From positions 1 through 27,539 of the IMG/VR virus record IMGVR_UViG_3300026081_000006: a stretch of 27,539 bases of DNA, one strand, 5' to 3'. The notes under the pieces are model-generated. The model saw nothing but the letters and a program-made list of their open reading frames with translations, did not search any database and was not told where the DNA came from. This document shows, one piece after another, positions 16,901 through 26,160 of the stretch. A program made the position numbers and the translations under genes. Position 1 is the stretch's first letter. Each line of letters starts with the position of its first letter. This DNA comes from a virus (taxonomy: Duplodnaviria > Caudoviricetes).

Positions 16901-19900
16901 GTACCAGAACCAGTGATAGGTCCAACTGCTGTAGTTCCAAGACCAACTAAGTTTACTTTCATAAACTCATCATCAATCTTTATTAAATCACCACTGCCGA
17001 TGGTTCCAATACCCGATAGAGAGAATACTGTCTCTGCTGCACCAACAGATCCGAAATTATCTTGTAAAGTGTATGATAACTTTGTAAACGCTATTGGACT
17101 CTGTGCAACACCATCAATTGATATGATCGCTTTGGATAGTTTCTTATCCATTGTTAAGGTGTGTGCATTACCAGATCCAAATGTTGAGAAACCTATCGCA
17201 GTCCCTGCAAGGGCATTATTTCTTGATGTTGCTAACTTAAATTCATCAGATCCACTCTTAATTGCATATACAGTTGTTGGTATGTTGCTACCACCAGTCT
17301 GTAAACTAGCAGCAGTTACACCAGAGAAAGAGGAACCTGCTGCATAAGTAAGTTTTTCACCTGTGTTGAAGAAGTGATCAGGAACGTTGAAAATACCTGT
17401 TGATACATCCAACACTATTGTTGGATCGAAAGTCTTCTGGAATATTGGAACACCTTCATGTTTGATATCAAAGTCAGTTTTGTTAACTCTATTTCCATTT
17501 CTTGCATTATAACCAGCAGTAATTACCTCTTCCCTTATAGTTCCATATGATAATGCATCTGGAATATTAACTAAATCTGATGTGGTTTGAATAATTTCAC
17601 TATGTGTCTGTACGGTTACGTTTGATACTCCTGCGTCTGGGAAGAACTTAACATCAAGATTAGAACCATTAAATTCAGATCCAAATGTACCGATACCTGT
17701 GGTATTTCCAGTTCCAACTGGTAAAAATGGATATTGAGTAATATAGGAATCAGTAGTATCATTAATAATGAGGAATTGATGTAGTGCAGAGCTATTACCA
17801 TATCCAACCTTAGCGATTGCCTTGACTGTTGTAACATCAGATTTTCCTACACTGAAAACAGTTCCAGTAGAAGCAATGCTTACGTAATTTGTTTGTAATC
17901 TAGCAGAATTGACTGAAGAATCTGGTTGCCCAGATGCTTTGAATGTATGTGTTCCAATTCCTGAAGCAGTCGTTCCAAATCCTACAATTTTAGTCCTTAC
18001 AGTAACATCATTAGGATCAGTGTTTATATAATCAAGAGTTAATATTCCAGAACTTATACTTGAAGTAAATGTACCAATAAATCTATCAGATAATGTATCA
18101 TTTGAATCATTATCAAAGTAAAACTCTGATGCAAAGGTATTAGTATCATCATGATCTATGAATATTTCTGCGTAAGTTCTTTCATTAGTGGTACCATTAA
18201 ATATTTCAGCATTAACAAATAGAGACTCAGTTTTTCCTGCCTCTCTGTAAAGTAAATTATTTGTAGAACCTGCACTTATTATTTGATTCGATGATATAAG
18301 ATCAACAAAACCTATTGTTATTGAAGTGGATCCAATTCCTGACGATGTAAATTTATTTTTAATAATCTTTAAATCATAATCGGTATTGAACTTTTCAAAT
18401 GGTGTAAACCTAAGACTTAAAGTGTTATCAGTTAAATCACCCTCTATGTTTGCTATCTGATGATCAGATCTATTATCAAGAGATCCCTTCTCAAATGTGA
18501 TTATATCTCCTGTTGCTGATGGTAATGTAATTATCTCTGTTGCCTGTCTCTCACTACCTGTAGGATCAATAACTTGAACCAAAAATCTTGAGTATCCATC
18601 TAATAAACTATAGTCATGGGCATCTACAAATAACTCTGATTCAGCACCACCAGCATTAGAGAATTGTGAACTGATATCATCAATTGATAGCACTCTATTA
18701 CTAATACAATTAATAAAATCAGATAATTTTTTGTTATTAAATTTAATAAATTTTGATTTTGTTGGATTAATATCATCTGGAAGGGTATCAACATCTATAC
18801 CTAGATCAAAGAAATTTAGTGTATCAACTCTATTTTCACTTACAATATCTAACGTAGCGGTGCTTGTTGACTCTAAACTTGATCCTATAGAAACCTTAGT
18901 AACAGTAGTAATGCCTGTATCAGAGAAATTTTTCAATCCTGTTGGATGCACTAAACCATTTACTGTGGATGATAGTTTATCGTATGTTTGACTACTCTTA
19001 ATTGTGTATGAAAGATTTTGATAGTAATCATTATCAGGTAAAACTTGATAATCAAGATTCAACTTACCAGTATCATTTGACCAACCAGTATCTTTTCTCA
19101 AAGAGTAATCAACCTTAAATGTTGCTTTGTTCTCCTTAAGTATCTTAATTGTCGCTACTGTTCCTGAATTCTGTCCAAATATTTGATCACCAACGCTTAG
19201 TTCATATGTGCCAAATACCTTAACTGTATCATTTAAGTTTTCTGTAATAACTAAATCTCTTTCGACAAAATCAGTTCCTACTTTTGTAAATATCTTCTCA
19301 CCTTCTATGAATGCTCTTGCAGACTGTGTAACTTTAAAGACAGGGTAATTAGTTTTCTTAATTACTGAAGCGAAAGAATTTTGAGCAGTAACAGCAATAC
19401 CAGGATTTGTTGTTACAAATTGAGATGCATCAAATACTAATTTTGCAGGATTTGTGTTTGAGTAAGAAATAACATCATAGAAATTATATTTGTTATCAGC
19501 TGAATTAAATCCATCACCAAGATTTAATATATTTACTATTCCTTCAACAAAAACCTTATCACCTACTGCAAATGGTGCTGCAGTAAATCCTGAAATTGGT
19601 GTTGCTAAGAAACATGTAACGATACCTGTTGTATTTGTGAAACAACTGTTTATACCAATACCATTATCATTGTTCTCGGCAAAAACTAAATTTGTGACTT
19701 CATTAAGACCAACAGGTGTTTCTATTACATCTATTTCATTGATCGCAGCACCTTGTATCTTTGCTTTCAATACTCCTGTATCATATTTAATTCCAGTTTC
19801 TGGATTAACGAGAGATAGATCTGGTGCAGAGCTGTATCCCTTACCACCATCAGTAATTTCAATATCAGTAATTTCATTTCTATCTACAACTGTGATGTTA

Positions 19901-22900
19901 GGTGATATAAAGACTTCTGGATTTAATGTCTTATCCGCTGAGAAGTCAAATCCTTGGTCATTAATTGTAAATTCTTTTATCCTACCAACAGTCTCTGATA
20001 CAGGTATTATATCTGCATTGATACCATTAGTTGATGCTATACTTACAAACTCAGGTAGTTTCTTATAATTTGCACCACCAAATGTAAGACTTAATGATCC
20101 AACACCACCCTCTGCTGCGTATGACTTAGTAGTATAAGATATGTCGGCAGTGGTCTTAATATATGATAGTTGTTCTGGTGACTCACTTACAGATATATTG
20201 AAGGTTGTAGCACCTACACCAGCGATAGTATATGATCCATTATAACTACTATCTTCAAATGTAATCTCAGAATAATTTTTAACATCAGTATCTGCAGTGC
20301 TGATGAAACCTGCTTTCTCTAATGAATAGTAAATTTTGGATGGTAAAGCATCATCATAGTATACAGTTGTGGTGCTACCTGCACTAATAACACTAAAGTT
20401 CAATGTTGACCCTATTGAAACTAATTCATTGTTGAATTTATTATCATAGAATACTCTTACATTATATCCAGATAAAGACGCATCACCAGTATTAAATACT
20501 AAATTGTTATTTTTTATAACTGAAATAACTGGATTTATTTTACTAATTTCATGAAGTGAACCCTGTGACTGGAGATCAATGATTGATGGAGGTTCACTTA
20601 CACTATCCTTTCTAGTAAGTGATAGATTAAATTTATTATCATCTACTCTATGTACAAAATAAGATCCTGTGCCTAATCCTGTAATGAAGTTTGATGAATC
20701 ATAAAATACCTTTTCACCTGTTTCAAATCCGTGTGAGGTGAGTTCAAACTCATTTTTGGTCAAATTAACTGATGTTGATCCAAAAGATATTGGATTTACT
20801 AATATTTTATCATTCTCTGAATTATATTTTAGTAATATTGATTCTGATGTACCAACACCTAAAGATTGTTTTGGTTTAACTGTTAATGTTACTATATCAC
20901 CATTTTCAAGACCATGAGTAGTTGATATTGATATTGTGGATTTAATTTTCTCAATTCTTGCAGTTTCTTGAGAGAAATTAGACTCAATTGAATATTTAAA
21001 GTCAGTATCATTACTATTTGAACTGAATGACCTGAAGAATAAACCATCTGTGCTAGTGGTCAATCCTACCTGAGTAGTCAAACCTATGAGATTCTTAGAC
21101 TTATTGATAACAAACAGAGTTTGTGTCTCACCAGACTCAGGAATATTAAATGTAGCACTATCACCAGTATTGGATGCAACTATACGTGTGCTTCCACCTT
21201 TTGTTAATGTAACTTGCTGATTTTGTGTAAATGGATGATTAGGTATGAATATACTTTGATTTGGGATAGAAGTTGGGATAGGTATATTACCAATCACAAT
21301 CGTTGATATACCACTTTGACCTGATACAGTTCCTATACCAAGTTCTTGAGTTGGATTAAAAAATACTTTATCATCTAATTTTGATTCAAAGTAAGGTGTT
21401 TTTATGGGAACTGTAAATTTATCAGTAATTTCAACTAATTCTGTTGATGCTGTATGAATTCCTGCTGTATGCTCTGTAATCGCACGGATAACTCTTCTAT
21501 CTGGAAAAATATTTAATACAGACAATCTTGCTGTTCCTATTCCTATAGTTGATCCAACAGATATGTTTGGTATGGTAGAAACAAATACATCAGTAACTAT
21601 ACCTGCTGCAGTGATCGCTGGAGTGTCTAATATTAACTTTGTTTTTTCTGAAGAAATTCCAATTACATGCTTACCATTTAGTTTTGCAATAAATGTAGAT
21701 ATTCCAGAAATGACTACAGTATCATTGTCTAACAAAGTATGAGGACTACTTGTGTGTACAGATACTTCTCCAGATTTATTCCAAATTAATTTTGCATTTT
21801 GATAATCTTCAATAGTGGTTGCTAAATTTTCAACAGTTTTTCCAGTTACAGATGAAACTGAAGCACTTATACCACCACCATTTGTTCCAGTATTATCAAA
21901 AGTTGCTAAATCACCAACCTTATAACCCTGACCTGCCTCATGTATATCAAATGACTGAACTGAACCCTTACTTACTGATTCTATTGTTGAACTCTGCAAT
22001 AATATTTCATTTGGTTCATTTATGAAGTCATTATCTGAACCAGAATCACCAACAGCATATGGTAGTGTATTTCTGACTAAATCTGAATTATTAAAATCAA
22101 ATGTCTGATCAAAACTCTGTTCAATTAATTTTGATCTATATGAGTTACCGATATAATGCGGAAATACTGATGTTTGAGTATTTGTGTTTATACCTACAAA
22201 ATATGCATAAACTCCATTTGGAAACTCTGGAGTTTTTCCATATCTACCATTATGCTTGTCTAAATCTCCTGAATTATCAAACTTATAGTCATCTACAAAG
22301 AATCCATTGATAAATCCAGAGGGTCTATCTACAACATCTGAAGTTGATAGACTATAACTTGTTGTTAAATTTCTTATCTGTGAGTTAGAATTTGATGCAT
22401 CATCATATCCATATGGTCCATAAATTGGATTACCGTCATATGCCCAACCGATTATAGGCGAATGATCAATACTGTTATCCCCAAACTCTGTTAGACCGAT
22501 TGCAGTGCTGTAACCAACCATACCATACTGTAAACCGTCCTCAGTGTCCACTAATATCTCGTTTCCATGTCTTTCATGGTTATCAAGTGTAAGGTGTCTT
22601 ATAGTCGCCTCTAGAGATGCGTTAGAACCTCTAGAGGTTACTTTTATAGAGGTGGTTGCTGCAGTATAACCAATACCAGTATTAAGAACTACTACATCAG
22701 TTACTTTTTGATTAACAACAACTGCTCTCAATTTAGCACCAGTTCCTGATCCTATACCAACAACTTCTAAATCTGGAGGTGATGTATATTCACTTCCAGT
22801 ATTAGTTACTTGTACATTAATTATTTTTCCATCATCAATTATAGGTTTTAATTCTGCACCTTTTCCAGTTTTTACAGTTATTGTTGGTTTTTTGTGGAAA

Positions 22901-25900
22901 TTAATTGTTGTAGAACCATATCCAGTCCCTGCATTATTTAAATAAACATCAGAAATTGACCCTTTTATTACAGGAGTTGCAGTAATTACCCCAACACCAC
23001 CAATAATATCTGCATTAACTGTTACATTTATTGGAGGATATGCAAAAAATTGTTCGCTACTACCTACAGAAACTATATTTACGTAATTATTTCTATCATA
23101 ATTTGCAGTAATTGTTCCTGCAGCACCTGCATTTGCTAATCTAAACTCATCATTAGTTAATTTAATTATTTTATAACGTATATTTGTATCTAAACCACCA
23201 ATTGATGTTCCATTTGTACTATATGTAACTAACTCTCCATCATTAAATCCATGATTTTTGAAGAAAATAGTATCATGAGCTGTGCTAATTCCTGTAGGTT
23301 GAACAGTTAATTTACGATTTTCAAAATCGGTTCCAGCATTTATAATTGAAATTTTAGAAATTGTATTATTTGCTTTCTTAGTTCTGAATTTATGAGTTCC
23401 AGATGTTTCTGCAGTTGTAAAACCAACAGTGTTAATACCTGCAGAATAGTCCGCTTGAGTCTCATATAGGTTAATAGTTTTGTTATTTACTACCTCTACA
23501 ACATAAACAGATCCATTATTAAGTGTTAGACCAGTAATTAAATTAATTCCATCCTGATACGCAGTGGTACGGATACCAACTCCTATAGCATTATTACCGT
23601 TTCTATTGTAAATTAATTCATCACCACTAATTAAATTATGATTTTGTAAGAAAGTGATATTATCGTTGGTAACGTCAACTCCACCGCCAACTGTAGATTG
23701 TCTACCATCAAATGATAGTGTTCTATGCCTCTCTTCAAGTTGAGCATTTAGAACTGCTCCTGTAGAATTACCACCCGTAATAGTTACTGACGATACTTTC
23801 TTTACATCAAAATCTTGTGGATCAACATAAACCTCAACCAATTTACCTTTAACAACAGGTTGAACTAAAGCAGTCGTTAAACCTGCTTCTATTGTTATTG
23901 ATGGTAGATTAACAACATCAAAGTTAGTTCCACCATTAAATACTCTAACGCTCTCTAACGGTCCATAATATACTTTATCCTCAGACTTATAGTTTATAAC
24001 CTCTACGCCATTCACAAGCATTCCGAGGGCACCTGGTGATGTTATAGTGTTCTTTCCTGTTTTTACATCAAGATTGTATGGAAATTTACGTAATAATTTC
24101 TGAGGATGGATAAATTGTGTCTTTTGAGTAACTAGAGTGAACTTATGAAATCCTGAAGTTGCAGGTGCAGAAAAATATTCACGAGTTGGTGTTGTTGCAT
24201 TATCAGCATCAATTAATGATCTTGATCTATATAATTGTATTTTTTTCTTATCTGCTAAAACTTTAACAAAGTATGATACACCATCGTCTAGTCCGTCAAG
24301 AGTGTTATTCTCTGCATTGTAAATAACCTCCTCACCAGTGTTGAAAGGCACATCAGTATTAAATGATAATACACTAAATTTAAGTTTGTTTGTATCAAAC
24401 TCTTGTAAATTTGTGGATACAAGAGATGTTATGATCGCTTGGTCAAGATTTTTTGTTAGTGTGTAGGATGGAAGTGAACTAGCAGCAACATAAAAGCAAT
24501 TTTCCTTTTCTGTATACAAATTTTGTATATCTGCAGTAATCAAGTCATTTCCGTAAATTAGAGGTGCACCACTACTATTAACTGTTTCTAGTTTTCTACG
24601 TATAGAGTAATCTGTAGTTGCTGAAGGAGACCCACTCAAACCCCCTAGAGTGACTTGTTTACCGTTTATGGTCTGAACAGTTGCATCTGCAAAAACAACC
24701 GTCTCAGACGCTCCTAGAAGTACATCTACGATATCACCAACTTTTAATGCAGAGGGATCTGGAGTGGTTTTTAAATTAAATCCATTATTAAAATTATCTA
24801 CAAAAAATCTTGAACTTGTATTGTAAATCCACGAATTTGCGAATATTTGTTTGTGGGTTTTATTTAATTCTGGATTTTTTATCTTTTCACCAACATTTTT
24901 TACATATATTTTCTCCCCTTCAGTTACAGATGATACATCTCCGATAGTTTCTACATCTGATAATACACCTGTTATTCTTATTTCAACCTTCTTGGTCAAA
25001 TCACCATCTTCGTAACCAAAAAAGACATCATTTGTTCTTATTGGTGATTTCACACCCATCGCATTATCAACTCCATCACATCCTAAGAACTGATTTACAG
25101 TTTTTGATGAATATGTGATTATGTTATCACCAGATAGCAAAGTTCCTGTTGTTCCAAATCCAACGGTGCTATCTACGGTAATAACTGATGATCCAACTGA
25201 TACAGGATTTATGTTTGCAGTTTTAGGTTGTATTTCAAATGTTCCTTCGATTAAATCTCTATCATCAAACCCAACAAACAGTCCTAATTTAAAATATGTG
25301 CTTATTCCTGACCTAGTAAAAATTTCAACTTCTGATACTGATGCTTGTGTCGTTAAATCAGATGCTTTTTTTATTGTTTGACCAACTAATTTATCTGGAT
25401 CTCCAGAAATTCTTTCTGCTACAACAATTTCTCTTCTTAAAAATTCTGCCGATGATGGTTTAGGTAAATATTGCTCTAAATCTATAACTTTTGGTTCTTC
25501 ACCAAATAATACTTTAAATAGTATCTTATATGATTCCTCTGTGCCCTTTGATTCATAAAATGATCTTGCTTCTTTTATGAAATTATTAACGTCAAGGTTT
25601 GAAACAAAATCTAAATCCTCTAAACCAGGTGTATAAGTATATTTTAACTTTTTATAAAATTCTTTGAGAAAATTTGAACTTAAATTAAAAACTTCCTCTC
25701 CAGCCTCATGTGCTGCCTGACTAGTTTCTTCAAAAAGTAACTCTTCTGCGTTTAAATTTGTTCTATAACTACTAATCCCACTAAAACCACGAACAACACC
25801 AGTAAATGTGTTTGTGGTTAGTCCTGTGTATGTAAATATCTCATCATCAATCTTAAAAAGACCATATTGGTTAGGAAATCCTTTTGTAGAATAAACTTGG

Positions 25901-26157
25901 ACACTATCTGTAGTTGAAGATATACCAGAGTATAGTGTGGTCTTTCCAGATATGATCTCTGGAGATAAATTATCAATTTTAATATACTGATCTAAATTAT
26001 CTGCAAGATCAGTTGCACCAGATTGATGTTCTTGTGAGATATAATACTGTTTTAGAAAGTCAAGAGTCTTTGGACTCTCTGCCCGAATGTAGTCAGGGAG
26101 TTGATTCGCTAAAATTTGCTGAACCTGTACTCGTTTCTCAAAACCAGTTTGTATCAT
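13990..26157 (-). CDS. gp7: Giant baseplate wedge initiator gp7-like protein (4055 aa)
   Basis: Between gp6 and gp8; N-terminal QLPDYI....PK..DFLKQYY, FIKEARSFYESKGTEESYKILFKVLFG, and later LPDNDYYQNLSYTIKS...VHPTGLKNFSD are gp7-type motifs; many xxxGxGY and HxFxxGExVxY repeats. Confidence 0.85.
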   Translation of the reverse strand: MIQTGFEKRVQVQQILANQLPDYIRAESPKTLDFLKQYYISQEHQSGATDLADNLDQYIKIDNLSPEIISGKTTLYSGISSTTDSVQVYSTKGFPNQYGLFKIDDEIFTYTGLTTNTFTGVVRGFSGISSYRTNLNAEELLFEETSQAAHEAGEEVFNLSSNFLKEFYKKLKYTYTPGLEDLDFVSNLDVNNFIKEARSFYESKGTEESYKILFKVLFGEEPKVIDLEQYLPKPSSAEFLRREIVVAERISGDPDKLVGQTIKKASDLTTQASVSEVEIFTRSGISTYFKLGLFVGFDDRDLIEGTFEIQPKTANINPVSVGSSVITVDSTVGFGTTGTLLSGDNIITYSSKTVNQFLGCDGVDNAMGVKSPIRTNDVFFGYEDGDLTKKVEIRITGVLSDVETIGDVSSVTEGEKIYVKNVGEKIKNPELNKTHKQIFANSWIYNTSSRFFVDNFNNGFNLKTTPDPSALKVGDIVDVLLGASETVVFADATVQTINGKQVTLGGLSGSPSATTDYSIRRKLETVNSSGAPLIYGNDLITADIQNLYTEKENCFYVAASSLPSYTLTKNLDQAIITSLVSTNLQEFDTNKLKFSVLSFNTDVPFNTGEEVIYNAENNTLDGLDDGVSYFVKVLADKKKIQLYRSRSLIDADNATTPTREYFSAPATSGFHKFTLVTQKTQFIHPQKLLRKFPYNLDVKTGKNTITSPGALGMLVNGVEVINYKSEDKVYYGPLESVRVFNGGTNFDVVNLPSITIEAGLTTALVQPVVKGKLVEVYVDPQDFDVKKVSSVTITGGNSTGAVLNAQLEERHRTLSFDGRQSTVGGGVDVTNDNITFLQNHNLISGDELIYNRNGNNAIGVGIRTTAYQDGINLITGLTLNNGSVYVVEVVNNKTINLYETQADYSAGINTVGFTTAETSGTHKFRTKKANNTISKISIINAGTDFENRKLTVQPTGISTAHDTIFFKNHGFNDGELVTYSTNGTSIGGLDTNIRYKIIKLTNDEFRLANAGAAGTITANYDRNNYVNIVSVGSSEQFFAYPPINVTVNADIIGGVGVITATPVIKGSISDVYLNNAGTGYGSTTINFHKKPTITVKTGKGAELKPIIDDGKIINVQVTNTGSEYTSPPDLEVVGIGSGTGAKLRAVVVNQKVTDVVVLNTGIGYTAATTSIKVTSRGSNASLEATIRHLTLDNHERHGNEILVDTEDGLQYGMVGYSTAIGLTEFGDNSIDHSPIIGWAYDGNPIYGPYGYDDASNSNSQIRNLTTSYSLSTSDVVDRPSGFINGFFVDDYKFDNSGDLDKHNGRYGKTPEFPNGVYAYFVGINTNTQTSVFPHYIGNSYRSKLIEQSFDQTFDFNNSDLVRNTLPYAVGDSGSDNDFINEPNEILLQSSTIESVSKGSVQSFDIHEAGQGYKVGDLATFDNTGTNGGGISASVSSVTGKTVENLATTIEDYQNAKLIWNKSGEVSVHTSSPHTLLDNDTVVISGISTFIAKLNGKHVIGISSEKTKLILDTPAITAAGIVTDVFVSTIPNISVGSTIGIGTARLSVLNIFPDRRVIRAITEHTAGIHTASTELVEITDKFTVPIKTPYFESKLDDKVFFNPTQELGIGTVSGQSGISTIVIGNIPIPTSIPNQSIFIPNHPFTQNQQVTLTKGGSTRIVASNTGDSATFNIPESGETQTLFVINKSKNLIGLTTQVGLTTSTDGLFFRSFSSNSNDTDFKYSIESNFSQETARIEKIKSTISISTTHGLENGDIVTLTVKPKQSLGVGTSESILLKYNSENDKILVNPISFGSTSVNLTKNEFELTSHGFETGEKVFYDSSNFITGLGTGSYFVHRVDDNKFNLSLTRKDSVSEPPSIIDLQSQGSLHEISKINPVISVIKNNNLVFNTGDASLSGYNVRVFYDNKFNNELVSIGSTLNFSVISAGSTTTVYYDDALPSKIYYSLEKAGFISTADTDVKNYSEITFEDSSYNGSYTIAGVGATTFNISVSESPEQLSYIKTTADISYTTKSYAAEGGVGSLSLTFGGANYKKLPEFVSIASTNGINADIIPVSETVGRIKEFTINDQGFDFSADKTLNPEVFISPNITVVDRNEITDIEITDGGKGYSSAPDLSLVNPETGIKYDTGVLKAKIQGAAINEIDVIETPVGLNEVTNLVFAENNDNGIGINSCFTNTTGIVTCFLATPISGFTAAPFAVGDKVFVEGIVNILNLGDGFNSADNKYNFYDVISYSNTNPAKLVFDASQFVTTNPGIAVTAQNSFASVIKKTNYPVFKVTQSARAFIEGEKIFTKVGTDFVERDLVITENLNDTVKVFGTYELSVGDQIFGQNSGTVATIKILKENKATFKVDYSLRKDTGWSNDTGKLNLDYQVLPDNDYYQNLSYTIKSSQTYDKLSSTVNGLVHPTGLKNFSDTGITTVTKVSIGSSLESTSTATLDIVSENRVDTLNFFDLGIDVDTLPDDINPTKSKFIKFNNKKLSDFINCISNRVLSIDDISSQFSNAGGAESELFVDAHDYSLLDGYSRFLVQVIDPTGSERQATEIITLPSATGDIITFEKGSLDNRSDHQIANIEGDLTDNTLSLRFTPFEKFNTDYDLKIIKNKFTSSGIGSTSITIGFVDLISSNQIISAGSTNNLLYREAGKTESLFVNAEIFNGTTNERTYAEIFIDHDDTNTFASEFYFDNDSNDTLSDRFIGTFTSSISSGILTLDYINTDPNDVTVRTKIVGFGTTASGIGTHTFKASGQPDSSVNSARLQTNYVSIASTGTVFSVGKSDVTTVKAIAKVGYGNSSALHQFLIINDTTDSYITQYPFLPVGTGNTTGIGTFGSEFNGSNLDVKFFPDAGVSNVTVQTHSEIIQTTSDLVNIPDALSYGTIREEVITAGYNARNGNRVNKTDFDIKHEGVPIFQKTFDPTIVLDVSTGIFNVPDHFFNTGEKLTYAAGSSFSGVTAASLQTGGSNIPTTVYAIKSGSDEFKLATSRNNALAGTAIGFSTFGSGNAHTLTMDKKLSKAIISIDGVAQSPIAFTKLSYTLQDNFGSVGAAETVFSLSGIGTIGSGDLIKIDDEFMKVNLVGLGTTAVGPITGSGTFNLIDVTRGVVGSTAASHNDGATARVHLGSYNFVGSKIHFTEPPLGDSTRVFDPETLIPEARSTFGGRVYQRQDYTTNTVFDNISRDFTGIGATYTLTVGGANTTGIETGSGVLFLNDIFQTPTTTNNAGNIYDFVEGATGITSVTFTGITDANNDLIISNEDVNKNQLPRGGVIVSLGSTNGLGFAPLVGAAVTAVKNQNGVITAVGIGTADTHGSGYRGTVAIGVTDVAYEHRFESAGIGSIRKGSFAGPAYTATNAVYTSFSGEFVITIPDHNLNINDTVGIDTGGIVFRCSKDHFATLHPYPRSGPTPTSTNGDPIVGIQTTITATTTNTITINVGAGGGAGTGAVVNATVGVGGTLTFTVSNGGTGYVQPQINIPQPSYENLEVVGVSRLGVGATTETGKNLLITVDVGPTSTVGIGSTLREVKSFKIARQGYGFRKGDVFKPVGLVTDRGLGSVVQDFELTVLETFTDSFASWQFGELDNVDSIRNLQNGSRTRFPLEFNKELLSFETNNSEIDLNAVLLIFVNGVIQEPGQHYQFEGGTSFTFTEAPGEDDKVDIFFYRGSRGTDSVSVNTVETVKQGDILTLKKRDNDPNTLDQDPRTIYNITTSDKVETNLYTGLGISTVPRPISWTKQKVDKNIAGEAVSKARDSIEPLVYPTGRIISDLSTSGTEIFVDNGRLFDYEVGSPISIDALLVNTSGDPVAAAITATVSAAGTISALTISDGGSGYTGSTVAVKISAPSAIGVGIGTTASATLSVVNGVLSGTANITNPGLGYTHSVPPQVITALPTVSLENITNAGVATGFSGIITGIQTATGIGGNPLALEFFVTHPSISALAANNRVLVSDTVTGFGITSIDGHNLSIVGVGNTFLDNIYKVDAFSRVNNAGILTCNILSTTSVVGIATTGSSTNPCGTLSFGKISGFTRSSTPISIGVTGFTASTGLSTFPILQRRGAGLRDTGGLSK

Positions 26158-26160
26158 TTC

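Noticed and set aside
17616-17837. 73-aa minus-strand ORF nested in gp7 in another frame
   Set aside because: No recognisable motif or initiation signal; expected by chance within a 12-kb gene.
5232-26157. Inteins, introns or homing endonucleases explaining the very long ORFs
   Set aside because: No Hint-type splice motifs, LAGLIDADG, HNH or GIY-YIG signatures noticed by eye, and frames are uninterrupted; a profile search would be needed to exclude them fully.
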